From: a virus
Length of the DNA stretch: 64,000 nucleotides
Reading direction: 5' to 3' (one strand)
IMG/VR virus record: IMGVR_UViG_3300044591_002613
Every line of letters starts with the position of its first letter. Positions within the stretch are counted from its first letter, which is position 1. The notes beneath the pieces were generated by a model. That model was not told the DNA's origin. It worked only from the letters and a program-made list of their open reading frames with translations, and searched no databases. Both the position numbers and the translations under genes were made by a program. This document shows positions 7,211 to 18,300 of this stretch, piece after piece.

Positions 7211-10150
7211 CTACCCTTGCCTGAGCGCCAGCAAATTATCATCCGGTTTTTGGTCACTAAGTACTTTTGCACGTTTAGTGGATTCTTTCGTATTTTTGGC
7301 AACCTGTGGCTTTTTGGTTAAACCAATCTCCTCTAAACTATTATGCATAAGTTTTTTGACGGCTTTTGCCGCCTCTTCTCCGACGCCTTTTAAAACACAG
7401 AGGGGAACGCGTATCTTGTCCCCTTCAATGACAAAATCTGTTGTATCGGAGTGAAGAACCGAAGGCTGCAAAAGTTTGTCGGAAATAAGTTGAGAGTATT
7501 CTCGCAATTTGTCTTCGTCTCCATATTCAACACTAAGCTCTGCAGTCCAAAATTCTAGAGGGTAGTTATTTTTAAGCCACGCCGTAGCGTAAGAAACAAT
7601 ACCGTAAGATGTGCTGTGGGCACAATTAAATCCGTAGCGTGCTGAAGCAATTACCATTTCTCGCAATTCGTGTAACTGATTTTCTGTCCACGATGAATCT
7701 TTTGCAATAATACGTTTTTCCATGTCATCCAAAATTTCATTAATAAGTTTCTTGTCCTTTTTACCAATACCTCGTCGCAGGTTTTCCGCTTCTTCAAAAG
7801 AATAGCCGCCAACTTCTCGAGCTAACTTTAGAATTTGTTCCTGAAACAACGGCACTCCAAATGTAGAACCAAAAATGGATTCAAGCGAGGAATGGATGTA
7901 ATAAGGCTTTTGGTTGCCTGCAGAGCATTGTACGTAAAATTCCATGGCATTACCGTGGAATCCATTTGGACGTTCATCAGATGGCTGCAAATGCATCTGC
8001 CAGTCAATTGTAGAAGGTCGGTAAAGCGCAATAAGGTTAGAAATATCTACAATGTTTTTTGGCTTAGTTCTTACGCACAAAGATCGAATACCGGACGTAT
8101 TGGTTTGGAATGTTGCATCAGTTTTACCAGTGTGATAGATGTTTTCAAACACCTGTTCATTATGTTCAAACTCACCCCATTTTAAATCAATACCGTAGCG
8201 TTGTTTGATTAGTTCAAAGGTTTTCTTGATTGTTTGCATTTTTTTAACGCCGAGCACATCAAACTTTACAGCTTTATACCATTCCAAATCTTTTGGACAC
8301 CATGCGGTAACAAGCGCACCGTTTTTTCCCCCAACACGGCACACTGGAAGCCAGTATTTGCTTTCGGTAGGGGTAACAATAAGCCCGCATGGATGAGAGG
8401 ACTTTTGCCGCATAACGCCGCACATTTGTTCAACCATCATCCAAATTTCTGGATTTTTAGCAGCATATGTTTGTAACTCTTGTGACGTCTCAAAATAACC
8501 TTGTATATGTTCGCCAGTTTCAATATCCTCATAGCCAAACAGCCATTCTGTTTCATCTTTCCCTTGTGGGACAAGTGGCATTGATTTGGTAAGAATTTCT
8601 GTTTCTTGGCGAACGGCACCAAGGATAAAGCGCTCGGCATCTTTAATAGCAGAGCGCGGCTTAAGGTTTTGATTTACTGAAATTGGCAAGACTCGATTTG
8701 GATACATTTCATGTATCATAGCCAGAGCTTCATCTTTAACATCAAAATCCAAGTCGCAGTCGGGCAAAGAGCCAGATTTAATACGACCTAGTGTGATGTG
8801 GCGCTCAAATTGTAAGTCATATTTAATTGGATCTGTAACAGATGCCCCTACAGCAAAATACGAAAGGCTACCGCCAGCCGAACCGCGAGTATTAACAAGA
8901 ATATTACGTTTTTCTGCTTCGTCGCAAATCTCACTTACTGTCCTCAAGTAAGCTAATCCATCAAACACGCCATTATTGCCAAGGACTTTAATCTCGTAAT
9001 TAAGACGATCTGCGTAATCTTTTTCGTCTAAGTTAATTCGTTTTTCGGCTTTAATTTTATTAACAATCCATTTCAAGTTAGAATCTTCATAACCTGGCAT
9101 AATCCATTCTTTAGATGGACCAAATTCATAACCATTAAACTTTTCTGCATAGTCTTCGGTATTATCTAGCAACTCTTCAATAAATTTATCGTCTAAGCCG
9201 CCATATTTTTTAGCCTCATATGCATATTCCTCCGCTCCACGCATATGTTGAAAGTTAGACATAATCCAATCCGAACCGTAATTCTTGGAATCTTGGATTA
9301 CTTTATCTTTTTTACGGGCGTAATGTGAATCAAGCGAAACAATAGGTTTAATATTTAATGGGCCTGTAACGTGCTCACGGCGCACATTGTTTACTGCCTT
9401 GCCGATATTTGGGGTATCTTGCCCGTATTGCAACAGATGTGGTGAGCATTCATTAAGTTCAAGCGCGGCCTCTTTGATAATTTTGCCTTCTTCAACTTTG
9501 GCAGGCGCATAATATTTACTTAGGTCGTCTACGATCCACTCGTCGTAAACATTGTCCCTGCCTACTAGGCTCACAACCCACTCAAGACGCTCACGTGACT
9601 CCTTAACGTTGCCGTGTTTATAAATAGGGTAGTTAAAGAACGAACCGATACAGCCAGTTCCTATGACAATACCAAGGGCTGCCAGCTCTTCAAGATGTTC
9701 GATAGTCATAACGGGTTTTACATCTCCCCATTTGACTTCCATATGTTTTTCGTCATACAGCGTATGTGTTAATTCACAGTACTTTTGAAATGCTGTACTG
9801 GTCTTAAATCCTATTGTGATGTGGGTAGATTTTTCATCTTTCGGGTGACGAATATATGCTTCTACTGAATGGAACAGCTTTATTTTCTTTTCTTTCTTGT
9901 TGATTTTTTCGGCTTCGCGAAACAACGCAACAGCGCTGTTAACATTTCCATGCTCGGAAAGGGTAAAGTGTGTGTATTCTAGCTCTACAGCTCGTTCAAC
10001 CATAGTCTGAACGGTTGAACCGCCATCCAACGAGAAGTGGGAGTGGCAATGCAGATTTGCACAAATTCTTTTATTTTTCCAACGGTTATTCCACGGTCGT
10101 TTTTCTTCTGGATGCTGGTCGACAAAATCAAACAATTTAAAATGTGACAT
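7211..10150 (-). CDS. dnaE: DNA polymerase III alpha subunit (family C) with PHP domain, C-terminally shortened
   Basis: LHCHSHFSLDG, SEHGN and DSHY (PHP); RGSAGGSL, LPDCDLDF, KFDVLG, FQEQ, YGFNCAHSTSY and LKGVG (HhH). Confidence 0.96.
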   Translation of the reverse strand: MSHFKLFDFVDQHPEEKRPWNNRWKNKRICANLHCHSHFSLDGGSTVQTMVERAVELEYTHFTLSEHGNVNSAVALFREAEKINKKEKKIKLFHSVEAYIRHPKDEKSTHITIGFKTSTAFQKYCELTHTLYDEKHMEVKWGDVKPVMTIEHLEELAALGIVIGTGCIGSFFNYPIYKHGNVKESRERLEWVVSLVGRDNVYDEWIVDDLSKYYAPAKVEEGKIIKEAALELNECSPHLLQYGQDTPNIGKAVNNVRREHVTGPLNIKPIVSLDSHYARKKDKVIQDSKNYGSDWIMSNFQHMRGAEEYAYEAKKYGGLDDKFIEELLDNTEDYAEKFNGYEFGPSKEWIMPGYEDSNLKWIVNKIKAEKRINLDEKDYADRLNYEIKVLGNNGVFDGLAYLRTVSEICDEAEKRNILVNTRGSAGGSLSYFAVGASVTDPIKYDLQFERHITLGRIKSGSLPDCDLDFDVKDEALAMIHEMYPNRVLPISVNQNLKPRSAIKDAERFILGAVRQETEILTKSMPLVPQGKDETEWLFGYEDIETGEHIQGYFETSQELQTYAAKNPEIWMMVEQMCGVMRQKSSHPCGLIVTPTESKYWLPVCRVGGKNGALVTAWCPKDLEWYKAVKFDVLGVKKMQTIKKTFELIKQRYGIDLKWGEFEHNEQVFENIYHTGKTDATFQTNTSGIRSLCVRTKPKNIVDISNLIALYRPSTIDWQMHLQPSDERPNGFHGNAMEFYVQCSAGNQKPYYIHSSLESIFGSTFGVPLFQEQILKLAREVGGYSFEEAENLRRGIGKKDKKLINEILDDMEKRIIAKDSSWTENQLHELREMVIASARYGFNCAHSTSYGIVSYATAWLKNNYPLEFWTAELSVEYGDEDKLREYSQLISDKLLQPSVLHSDTTDFVIEGDKIRVPLCVLKGVGEEAAKAVKKLMHNSLEEIGLTKKPQVAKNTKESTKRAKVLSDQKPDDNLLALRQG

Positions 10151-10151
10151 T

Positions 10152-10418
10152 TTATACTTCTTTTGTTAGTTCGTTTAATAATGCGGTTTTGTACGGTTCG
10201 GCATTAGTATCCCAAGAAATGATGTAATCTGCGAGTTGGTCCATTGTTTCAAATTTTGAAACCAAACGTTGGAATTTCACTTTTGTGGAAAGTGAGACAG
10301 AAGGGACGACGGAATCTGGTTCGTAAACCGGTGCATTGATGATAAAAAACGGATGTCCGTGATCTTCTAAAGATATATCTCGATACATTGGGTTAATTAA
10401 TTCGTATAAGTAAATCAT
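10152..10418 (-). CDS. Hypothetical protein
   Basis: 88-aa ORF abutting the dnaE start. Confidence 0.7.
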   Translation of the reverse strand: MIYLYELINPMYRDISLEDHGHPFFIINAPVYEPDSVVPSVSLSTKVKFQRLVSKFETMDQLADYIISWDTNAEPYKTALLNELTKEV

Positions 10419-10678
10419 TCTTCGTATTCTTCCAATTCTTCTTCGGTTTCATCATCAGAGTTATGAAATAATGGCAGTTTCCTGGTTACCACAACTTTGT
10501 ATTGCTGATTATTGAATAAGAAATCTGTATTATAAAAATTTCGTTTCGGCTGAGTGTTTTCTATGAGCTTTATAGATCGGTAGTTTCTGGCTAAAAGCTG
10601 GTGACTGATCTCCATTAAGTCTTCTTCTTCGGTCACTTCGTGTAAGAAAGCTATTAGCTCCCCGTTGAGGTTTTTCAT
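10415..10678 (-). CDS. Hypothetical acidic protein
   Basis: 87-aa ORF with GGAG RBS and ATGA overlap with the next gene. Confidence 0.7.
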   Translation of the reverse strand: MKNLNGELIAFLHEVTEEEDLMEISHQLLARNYRSIKLIENTQPKRNFYNTDFLFNNQQYKVVVTRKLPLFHNSDDETEEELEEYEE

Positions 10679-10819
10679 TTCGGGTTCTCCAATCTATCCG
10701 AGGCTAGCACTAATTGTCGCTCTTGAGTTAGACATTTATTACTGAGTTATTTTACGCCTAATCCTAAACAGTTGGCTTTATATAAATATGGGGTAATATT
10801 ATAGGAAGGGGGCTGATAG

Positions 10820-12370
10820 ATGGCCAGCAAACAGTACACCGATAGATTCTCTGTACAGATAGATTTGTCACTATACTTGCAAGTTAAGAACGGTGGCAGA
10901 ATGACACTAAACCTGTTTCCTAAACTCACCGCAGACCGCTGGACATGGTTTGTTAAGAACGCTAGCGTAATCGGACAGAATTTTGAAAATTACGCAAATG
11001 GCGACGAATTTTTAACTAGGCAAATTCTTCTATTCCATGATTACGTTGAGAGCTACCAAAATGGGGCAAACGTAAATCCATTCACAGACTTGAATATTTT
11101 TGCAGAAATGTCAGAGCTTCTTGAATTGATTGAAGTTAATTCCCTAGACCTAACAGACCCTGAATCTCAGTATATAAAAGAAGAAAAACAACGCGCCGCC
11201 CAGTTTGACGTTGAGAATTTCAAGGCAATGCTTCAGTTTTTAAAAAGCCAAAGAGAAATTGCCTTTGATTTCATAGGACTCGGAGACTCTTATTATGATG
11301 GTATTAGAGGCCGAAAAAGTTCTCCAAAACAGCGAGACTACTTCATTTCTGATTTAGTGTTTTTGAACAATACTATTGAATTAGAAAAATATATTGAAGG
11401 TGTAATTTTAGAATTCAAATATCAAAAAAACATTGCGCCTAATTTATTATCATTTGCCAATTCAAAACTCATTGAAGGTGGTTCAGATGTTAGAGTGCTG
11501 GACATTTATCGCAGTTATCAAGTAGTTCCATTTGAAAAAAGTTTACACCAAATGGCCCAAGATTATCTTGGAAGTTCAGATAGATGGTATGAGCTTGTCA
11601 CTGTCAATAATTTAAAAGCGCCGTATGTCGATTTATATGGTGAAAAAGTTCTTTTATTAGAGAGTGGTAGTGCTTCAACCGTAAGAGTACCTATTTCACA
11701 ACAGGATAAATTTCGTATCAATTCATCTATCAAAATCGGTAGTCGATTGGTACCCGAAGAAGTTAGGAAAGTAGAGCGGGTAAATGACAATCGTGACGGC
11801 TCTGCTACAGTGCATCTTAGCGGAAAACAAGATCTTTCAAAACTTTTGACCAGTCATGTCGCCTACATAAGAGTTTATACGCCAGAAACTCTCTCTGATT
11901 TCTCTTTAGTAAAAATCCCACTGTCACTGGCTGCAGCAAATACAAATATTCCAGAACCTTCTGAGGGGGAACTTAAAAGGCTTGACAAAGCCTTGCTTTC
12001 TTTCGGAGTAGACGTTGCAGTAGATGATATATCTGGCGACTTGCTGCTTGGCACAGATGGTGATTTAAAATATCAATTTGGAATAAATAATTTAAGACAA
12101 ACAATTATTTCTGCTCTAAAAACAGAGCAAGGACAGCTACCTCTGCATCAGCAGTATGGTTTGGCAAATAACATCGGTTTTGCCTTGCAAGGATCGACAA
12201 CTTCTACGAAAATAGCATCTGTAATAGAGCAAACTTTAAAACGAGATTTACGTTTTACATCTGTTACACTAAAGGATATACAAATATCGGCGGATAACAA
12301 AATCGGCATGACTGTTCTTGTTACAATAGCTGGATCTAGTCAGTTGATACCATTAGCCTTTGTGATTTGA
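10820..12370 (+). CDS. Baseplate wedge protein with LysM-like and C-terminal gp25/GpW-like domains
   Basis: LHQMAQDYLGSSDRWYELVTVNNL (LysM/gp53-like); GDL...GINNLRQ.I...L.TE.G.L..H..YG...TL.RD.RF (gp25-like); precedes baseplate J. Confidence 0.8.
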   Translation: MASKQYTDRFSVQIDLSLYLQVKNGGRMTLNLFPKLTADRWTWFVKNASVIGQNFENYANGDEFLTRQILLFHDYVESYQNGANVNPFTDLNIFAEMSELLELIEVNSLDLTDPESQYIKEEKQRAAQFDVENFKAMLQFLKSQREIAFDFIGLGDSYYDGIRGRKSSPKQRDYFISDLVFLNNTIELEKYIEGVILEFKYQKNIAPNLLSFANSKLIEGGSDVRVLDIYRSYQVVPFEKSLHQMAQDYLGSSDRWYELVTVNNLKAPYVDLYGEKVLLLESGSASTVRVPISQQDKFRINSSIKIGSRLVPEEVRKVERVNDNRDGSATVHLSGKQDLSKLLTSHVAYIRVYTPETLSDFSLVKIPLSLAAANTNIPEPSEGELKRLDKALLSFGVDVAVDDISGDLLLGTDGDLKYQFGINNLRQTIISALKTEQGQLPLHQQYGLANNIGFALQGSTTSTKIASVIEQTLKRDLRFTSVTLKDIQISADNKIGMTVLVTIAGSSQLIPLAFVI

Positions 12371-12382
12371 TGGAGATTGATA

Positions 12383-15300
12383 ATGGCAATTACAGTTAAA
12401 AGCGTTCAATCGATTTTAGCTGACATGATCAGAAAGCTAACTGCCAATACTGACATTACAGATGTCAGCGAAGGTAGTATCACTTCCACAATTCTTGAAG
12501 CTGCCGCGTTACAAGATTATCAAAATCAAATTGGCGTTCTTAAGGTATTAGAGAGTTCCAATCTACAAACTCTAGTAGGCAGCGAACTAGACGAAAAAGC
12601 TATTGAGGCACAAACTCCTAACGGAGTTGGTGGTTTTGGTCGATTTCCCGCAAAAAGAGCTAACGGTCAAGTACGAATTTCTTCGCCTTTTACTAAAAAA
12701 TCTACCCAGGTTTATATTGGTAAACCAACTCCATACGCGGGCAGTATTAAAGTTTATCTGCAAGATTGTACTGGATGGCCATCTGCCGGCGCATTTTATT
12801 TAGGGCGTGGCTCTGCAAACGAAGAAGGCCCTATTCAATATACAAGTATTGAAAATAACAATACTTTTTGGACTTTGAATTTAAATATATCAACACCCCT
12901 GGTCAATAACCATGCATATGGCGAAACAGCTATTTTGTCGCAGGGTGGTACAAGACAAATTTCTGCAGGAACCGTGGTTGTTGCACCGGGTTCTAGCGGA
13001 AACGTTCCTGTCCAGTACACTGTAGACGGTACATTCACTCTACCTGATGGTGAAGATACTATCACTGTATCTGTCACTTGCAGCTCGTTTGGTGAAACTG
13101 GAAACGTATCAGTAGGTGCAATCAAACAGTTTTTAACACCACCATTTACCGGTGCTATTGTTTCAAACCCGTCTACAATCACAAACGGCGCTAGTGCAGA
13201 AGGCGACGAGGCTTTAAGGCTACGTATTGCAAACTATATTGCGTCACTCAGCCGTGGTACAAAACAATCTATTTCTAGTTCTTTACAAGGATTACGAGAT
13301 CCTGTTAGTGGTAAAACAATCACATCGTTAAATATTGTTGAACCAACTAATAGAATTGATTCAACAAAAATTTATATTGATGATGGTTCGGGGTTAGAGC
13401 CTTCATATCGCGGCCAAGATTTTGAACAATTGTTGGTAAATTCCAGCGGACAAGAAATCTTCTTAAAAACTTCCAACAAACCAATCACACCGTGTATTGC
13501 GGTAGGAGTTGAACCGGCTCCATACGCTTTACAAGATGGCATGTATTTGGACATCATTATTGATGGCGTTCCAACGCGATTCGAAATCAATCAATCAGAA
13601 TACACAAATCTTTCTTCCGTTTCTCCTTCGGAAATTGTGCGAGCTTTTAACAGCGTAATTCTTAGCGGGTCTTCTGCATTAGGTTTTAGAACTGCTAACG
13701 ATGGAATTACATTTTCAGTATTTGATATTTCTGGTCGAGCAGAAACTTTACAAATTCTGCCCAGCGAGCTGCAAGCTATTTTAGGATTGCCTACTCACGA
13801 AATTAGACCTATTTATGTTTATAAAAACAACAAGCTTTTATCATTTAAAGGTTTATCTGCGGTAGTCTATTCAGCGGACTTTCCATGGCTGTCTTTAACT
13901 GATTTGGATTTGCAAAATGTTAGAATGACTGTTGATGGCGTAACGCAAACTTTTACCATCGACAATAATGACCTGCTGGCCCTTGGTCGTACAATTGCAT
14001 CTGCACAGTTATCCGACTGGATCACTGTTTTTAAGAAAAAAGTTGCGGGTGTAAATGTTTATCAAGTCGGTTCAAAACTCGCCTTTGCTTCGTGGCAGTC
14101 ATTGAGCCCTACCGGTTCGATTAAAATTGAGCCTACAACTTCAACAAGCGCCCCGGCAACATGGATTGGCGTTAATAAAATATTTAAATCGTCAGACGTA
14201 TTAGAAAGTGTAGGAGCAACGCCAGATTTTGAGATTAATAGAATTAGTGGCGAAATCAAACTTTTGAATGAACCCCAACTTAATGACAATGTTACGGTTT
14301 CATCAAAATTTACCCGCGCAGAAATTCAATCAAAACCAGCACCAAGCGGTTTATTTTCTGCCGGTAATACAAACCTTGGAACTCCAAGAATTATTGTTGG
14401 CGTTGATGGTGAGTTTGAATTAAGAACACTCGGTCTTACTGGTGCAAGCTCCCTTACTCCAGAAATTTTGTCGCCTAACTCTACGGTAGTTAGGTTACAC
14501 AGCTCCGATACTGCTCTGTATTCTAGTATTCAATTAGGCGATTACATTTATTTAAATAGTGACTCGTCAGTTGCAAACAGACTGCCCGGACGAACTAACA
14601 GCGTAATGAAAGTTCTTAAAAAAGGACTTTGTACAAGAACTGTAGATCAAAATTTTAATTTAGTGCCAATGGAATATTCAACAACCGATATAAATGGCGA
14701 TGTGACATTTACTATCACTACAACAGAAGATCATAAATTTGTTGTTGGCCAATCGTTTGAAATTACAGCGGCTAGTTTAGCGGTTGGTACAAGTTTTTTA
14801 AGCTCAGAAATTATCGGTATTCACACAGTTTCCGCAGTAGACAGTAGTACTGTTTTTAAATTTAAAAAACAAATTGCAGGTGTCACCTCGGTCTTTGCGC
14901 CAAATACTATTAATTTTTCCGTTTCTAAAGATACATTTATTGATATTGAAACTTCAAAAATTGAACGAGAAGCGTTTTTTGGTATTTTTTCAAGCACACA
15001 GATCGAATCAACTCTCGGTACTCCTACTGTCAAAGTGATACTACCTAATCATGGCTTTTTACAGCTTGATTCATTTCAAATCACAGGCGCAAGTGCTTTG
15101 ACGCAATCTATTTTCCCAGGGCTGGTATTTCCAGTCACAGCCGTTGTTAAAGCTTCTCCGGCTCCAACTACGGATACTTTTTATATCGATCTTCCTGTGT
15201 CTGCTATTGCGTCCTCTGTTTCGGGCGAAACAACTATTGACGGCTTGAGCCCATTAACTCCGGCTTCTTTTGATTTGACTTCGGGAATGCTTTCAGCATT

Positions 15301-18300
15301 CAAAATTGACAATGCTGTGCCTCAAATCATAAATATTCCAGTTTCTGATTATCAAACGGCAGACGTACTTGTTTCCGAAATTAATAAACAATTGATTGGA
15401 GCCACTGCCTATAAGCTATCTCCACGACAAATTGCTATCAGATCAAATAATTTTGATCAAAACAAATCCACAATCGCTGTTTTAGCTTCTATTTCTTCTG
15501 CTACTAATATATTCAGTCAAATGATTGCAGACAGTATTCAACCGCATATTGCCGCAAAAAAGAGCGGTTTTATCGCAAGCGGTGCGCCATACATTACCAA
15601 TACTGGCGATCCGACGCTTCCAAAAGATTTTTATAATACTCGTGGTTATTTAGGATTTTCAATAACCGAAACTGAAGTTTTGAACGATGCCGCAAATCCA
15701 GCAATCGTAGCATCTGCAAACGTTATCGACTATCCAAAAGGATTGCAAGAAGCTTTTATAACCGGTCGTAATGAAAATATCATTTCTCGTATTTACAATA
15801 ATGATTCAACTTCTCCGTTTGGCGGATTCGCACGCGGAGAAGATACTATTCCGCCTCTTCCACAAACTATTTATGGTTCAAACGAAACAGAATCAAATTT
15901 ATCGTTAAGATTAAATGATATTCCATTAACTCCAGTTGACCGTTTAGTTGTACAAATGGATTTGGATTCAACTAATAAAACAACCAACATACCAATGTAT
16001 AAAAAAGCACTAACAGAAGTGGTTGAGCCGTTTGGAGCAGGCCCCGGCAACCAACTTATTTTTACTTTAAAAGACCCAGAAGATCGATTGATAACAAACG
16101 AGCCACGTCCATTTTTTGAACCTAACAGCCCATTCCGTTCGTTTGATTTTACCGATTTCAATATTCTGTTTAAGCCGACTATTATACATACTGTGTATCC
16201 GAGTTTGCCATTTGGCGGAAATCCATCAGATGCATTAGTTATTAGATCTACTCAATATGGCCCAGTGCATGATTTTAGATTTAACTTCTCTCTTCCTTTA
16301 CAACCAAATTTATCACAAATTCAATTCACCCATGAATCTTTTCAAGAAGAAGATCGTACTGTTCTAGTTATAAACTGTACTCTTTGTTCAGGCGCAGCAG
16401 TTTTAGGAACTCAATATACTGGTTCTTATACAATCACACCATCGGACTACACCAGCCCCACTGGCGCAGAAATTGTTAAATTGACAATCAGTGCGCTTTC
16501 AATTAACCTTTCGGGCGCTTTTTTGATTGGTGATATTTTAAATATTGGCGGTTCCCAGTTATATTCTGGCTCATTTTTAATTATCGAAACTCCAGATCCA
16601 GATACAATCGTTGTTTCTGCCCCTGGTATTCGTCAAACTGTATATACACCCGTTAGTTATATTTCAGATTACGCCCCTATTCAGTCGTTTACTCTTTTAC
16701 AAAAAACCATTCAAGACGTAATCACTAAAGCTGGTCAATATTATACAAACAATCCAGTGTTTACGGTTGAAGCAACTCCAACGACTAATACCAGTTCCCC
16801 AATTAAATTTCCCACATACCATACTCACGGAAATACAGTCGCAAGAACTAATCTAACAACTCTCACTGAAAGTAATTATTATCATTCCGCACGCGCACCG
16901 TTTGGATGCGTCGCACATATCCACACTTATTCTCCAATCGACAACGAGATTGTTGCGCTTGTACAGTCAGACGACTCCGTACTACCAGAATCATCTAAGA
17001 TTTTGAACACTGGGTTCAGTTCAGTTTATTCAGACCAAGAATGTGTTTTAATTCCAGCTTCAGCAAAAGCTTTAGAAAAGTGGCTTAAATTTACGGCTAT
17101 TAGCCCGCTTAATATTCAAGCTGAAATTTCTCGCGTTACTGATGAAAAAAATATTCAGCTCAATTCATTAAACTTAGGAGCTGCCGGAGCTGTTAAAATT
17201 ACTGGTGTGACTGCAAATACAGTAACAGCAAAAGCAAAAAATGCAGCCTCTAAACAAGGAACATCAGTTAAAGTAAGAACCGATTTTCCTCTTGCTCAAT
17301 CATTTGCTCGTGGATCTTTTGTTGAAGTATACAATTCAATAACTGCCCCTATTTATAGGGCATATCGCACACAACCAAGCGCATTGCCTGTTGATTCAAA
17401 AATTACTGCTACAAACTCGCCCGATATTGAAACTTGGTTTAAAATTTCAACTGTTGTTTCATATACGCGTCCATCTCCAAATAAAGGCAGATTTGTATTT
17501 AGAAAATCATTGAGCGGTATTATTGGAGATGAAACTGTTCAAATCACAAAACCAACAAGCTCAATTGCAAAAATTGCAATAACTGCCGGAACTGGTACAT
17601 TTAATACAAAAGTTGGCGATATGTTGATCCTTAGAGGATCAAAAAATGTGTCTTCTCCATACCCGATTAATTACACGTCATTATTTGGCGCTAGTAATCA
17701 GTGCGTTACACCAGCTGAAGACTTAACAGATCAATACATTGGTTATCCAGTAGTACACATTGAAGATGAAAAAATTATTTATGTGATTGGTCCAAATATT
17801 GTTCCAGAAACAGTTTCTGCACGAAAAACAACAGATTCCAACACAATGTCTGCCATTTATCAAAATACAGGCTCTTTTACTGGGTCTGTTAAAATTGGCC
17901 CATTAGTTAATATTTCTAATTTTTACGTTGGTGATACCGTAACTATTTCTGGATTTTTAAATGATTCAAATAATACAAGATCTAGAATAATCGGGAAAGA
18001 TGCATCAAATATTTATGTAACAACTGCTAGATTGAACTCAACAAACGATGAGACAAATAGAGACGGAATTGGCGTTATTCGCGAAACAACTGAATTCATG
18101 TTTGTGCCAATGCTCAAAAATGAAAAAAATATTAAAACAAATTACAAAGCTGGGGCGCCAAAAGATCTTTCTTCATGGAAATTATCTTCAAATGAGTCGG
18201 TATACTACCGAATCAAGCCATTAGGAAATGGTTTTGTTTATGTAGATTTTGCATTTGATTCACATGATGACATGCAATTGCATGATTTATCCGTGAGTTC

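Noticed and set aside
6919-7302. 127-aa minus-strand ORF as a frameshifted continuation of DnaE
   Set aside because: No OB-fold or clamp-binding resemblance. A shorter gene from ATG 7140 is possible but unsupported.
7211-10150. Intein or intron in dnaE
   Set aside because: Motifs are collinear with normal spacing; no intein terminal or homing-endonuclease motifs seen.
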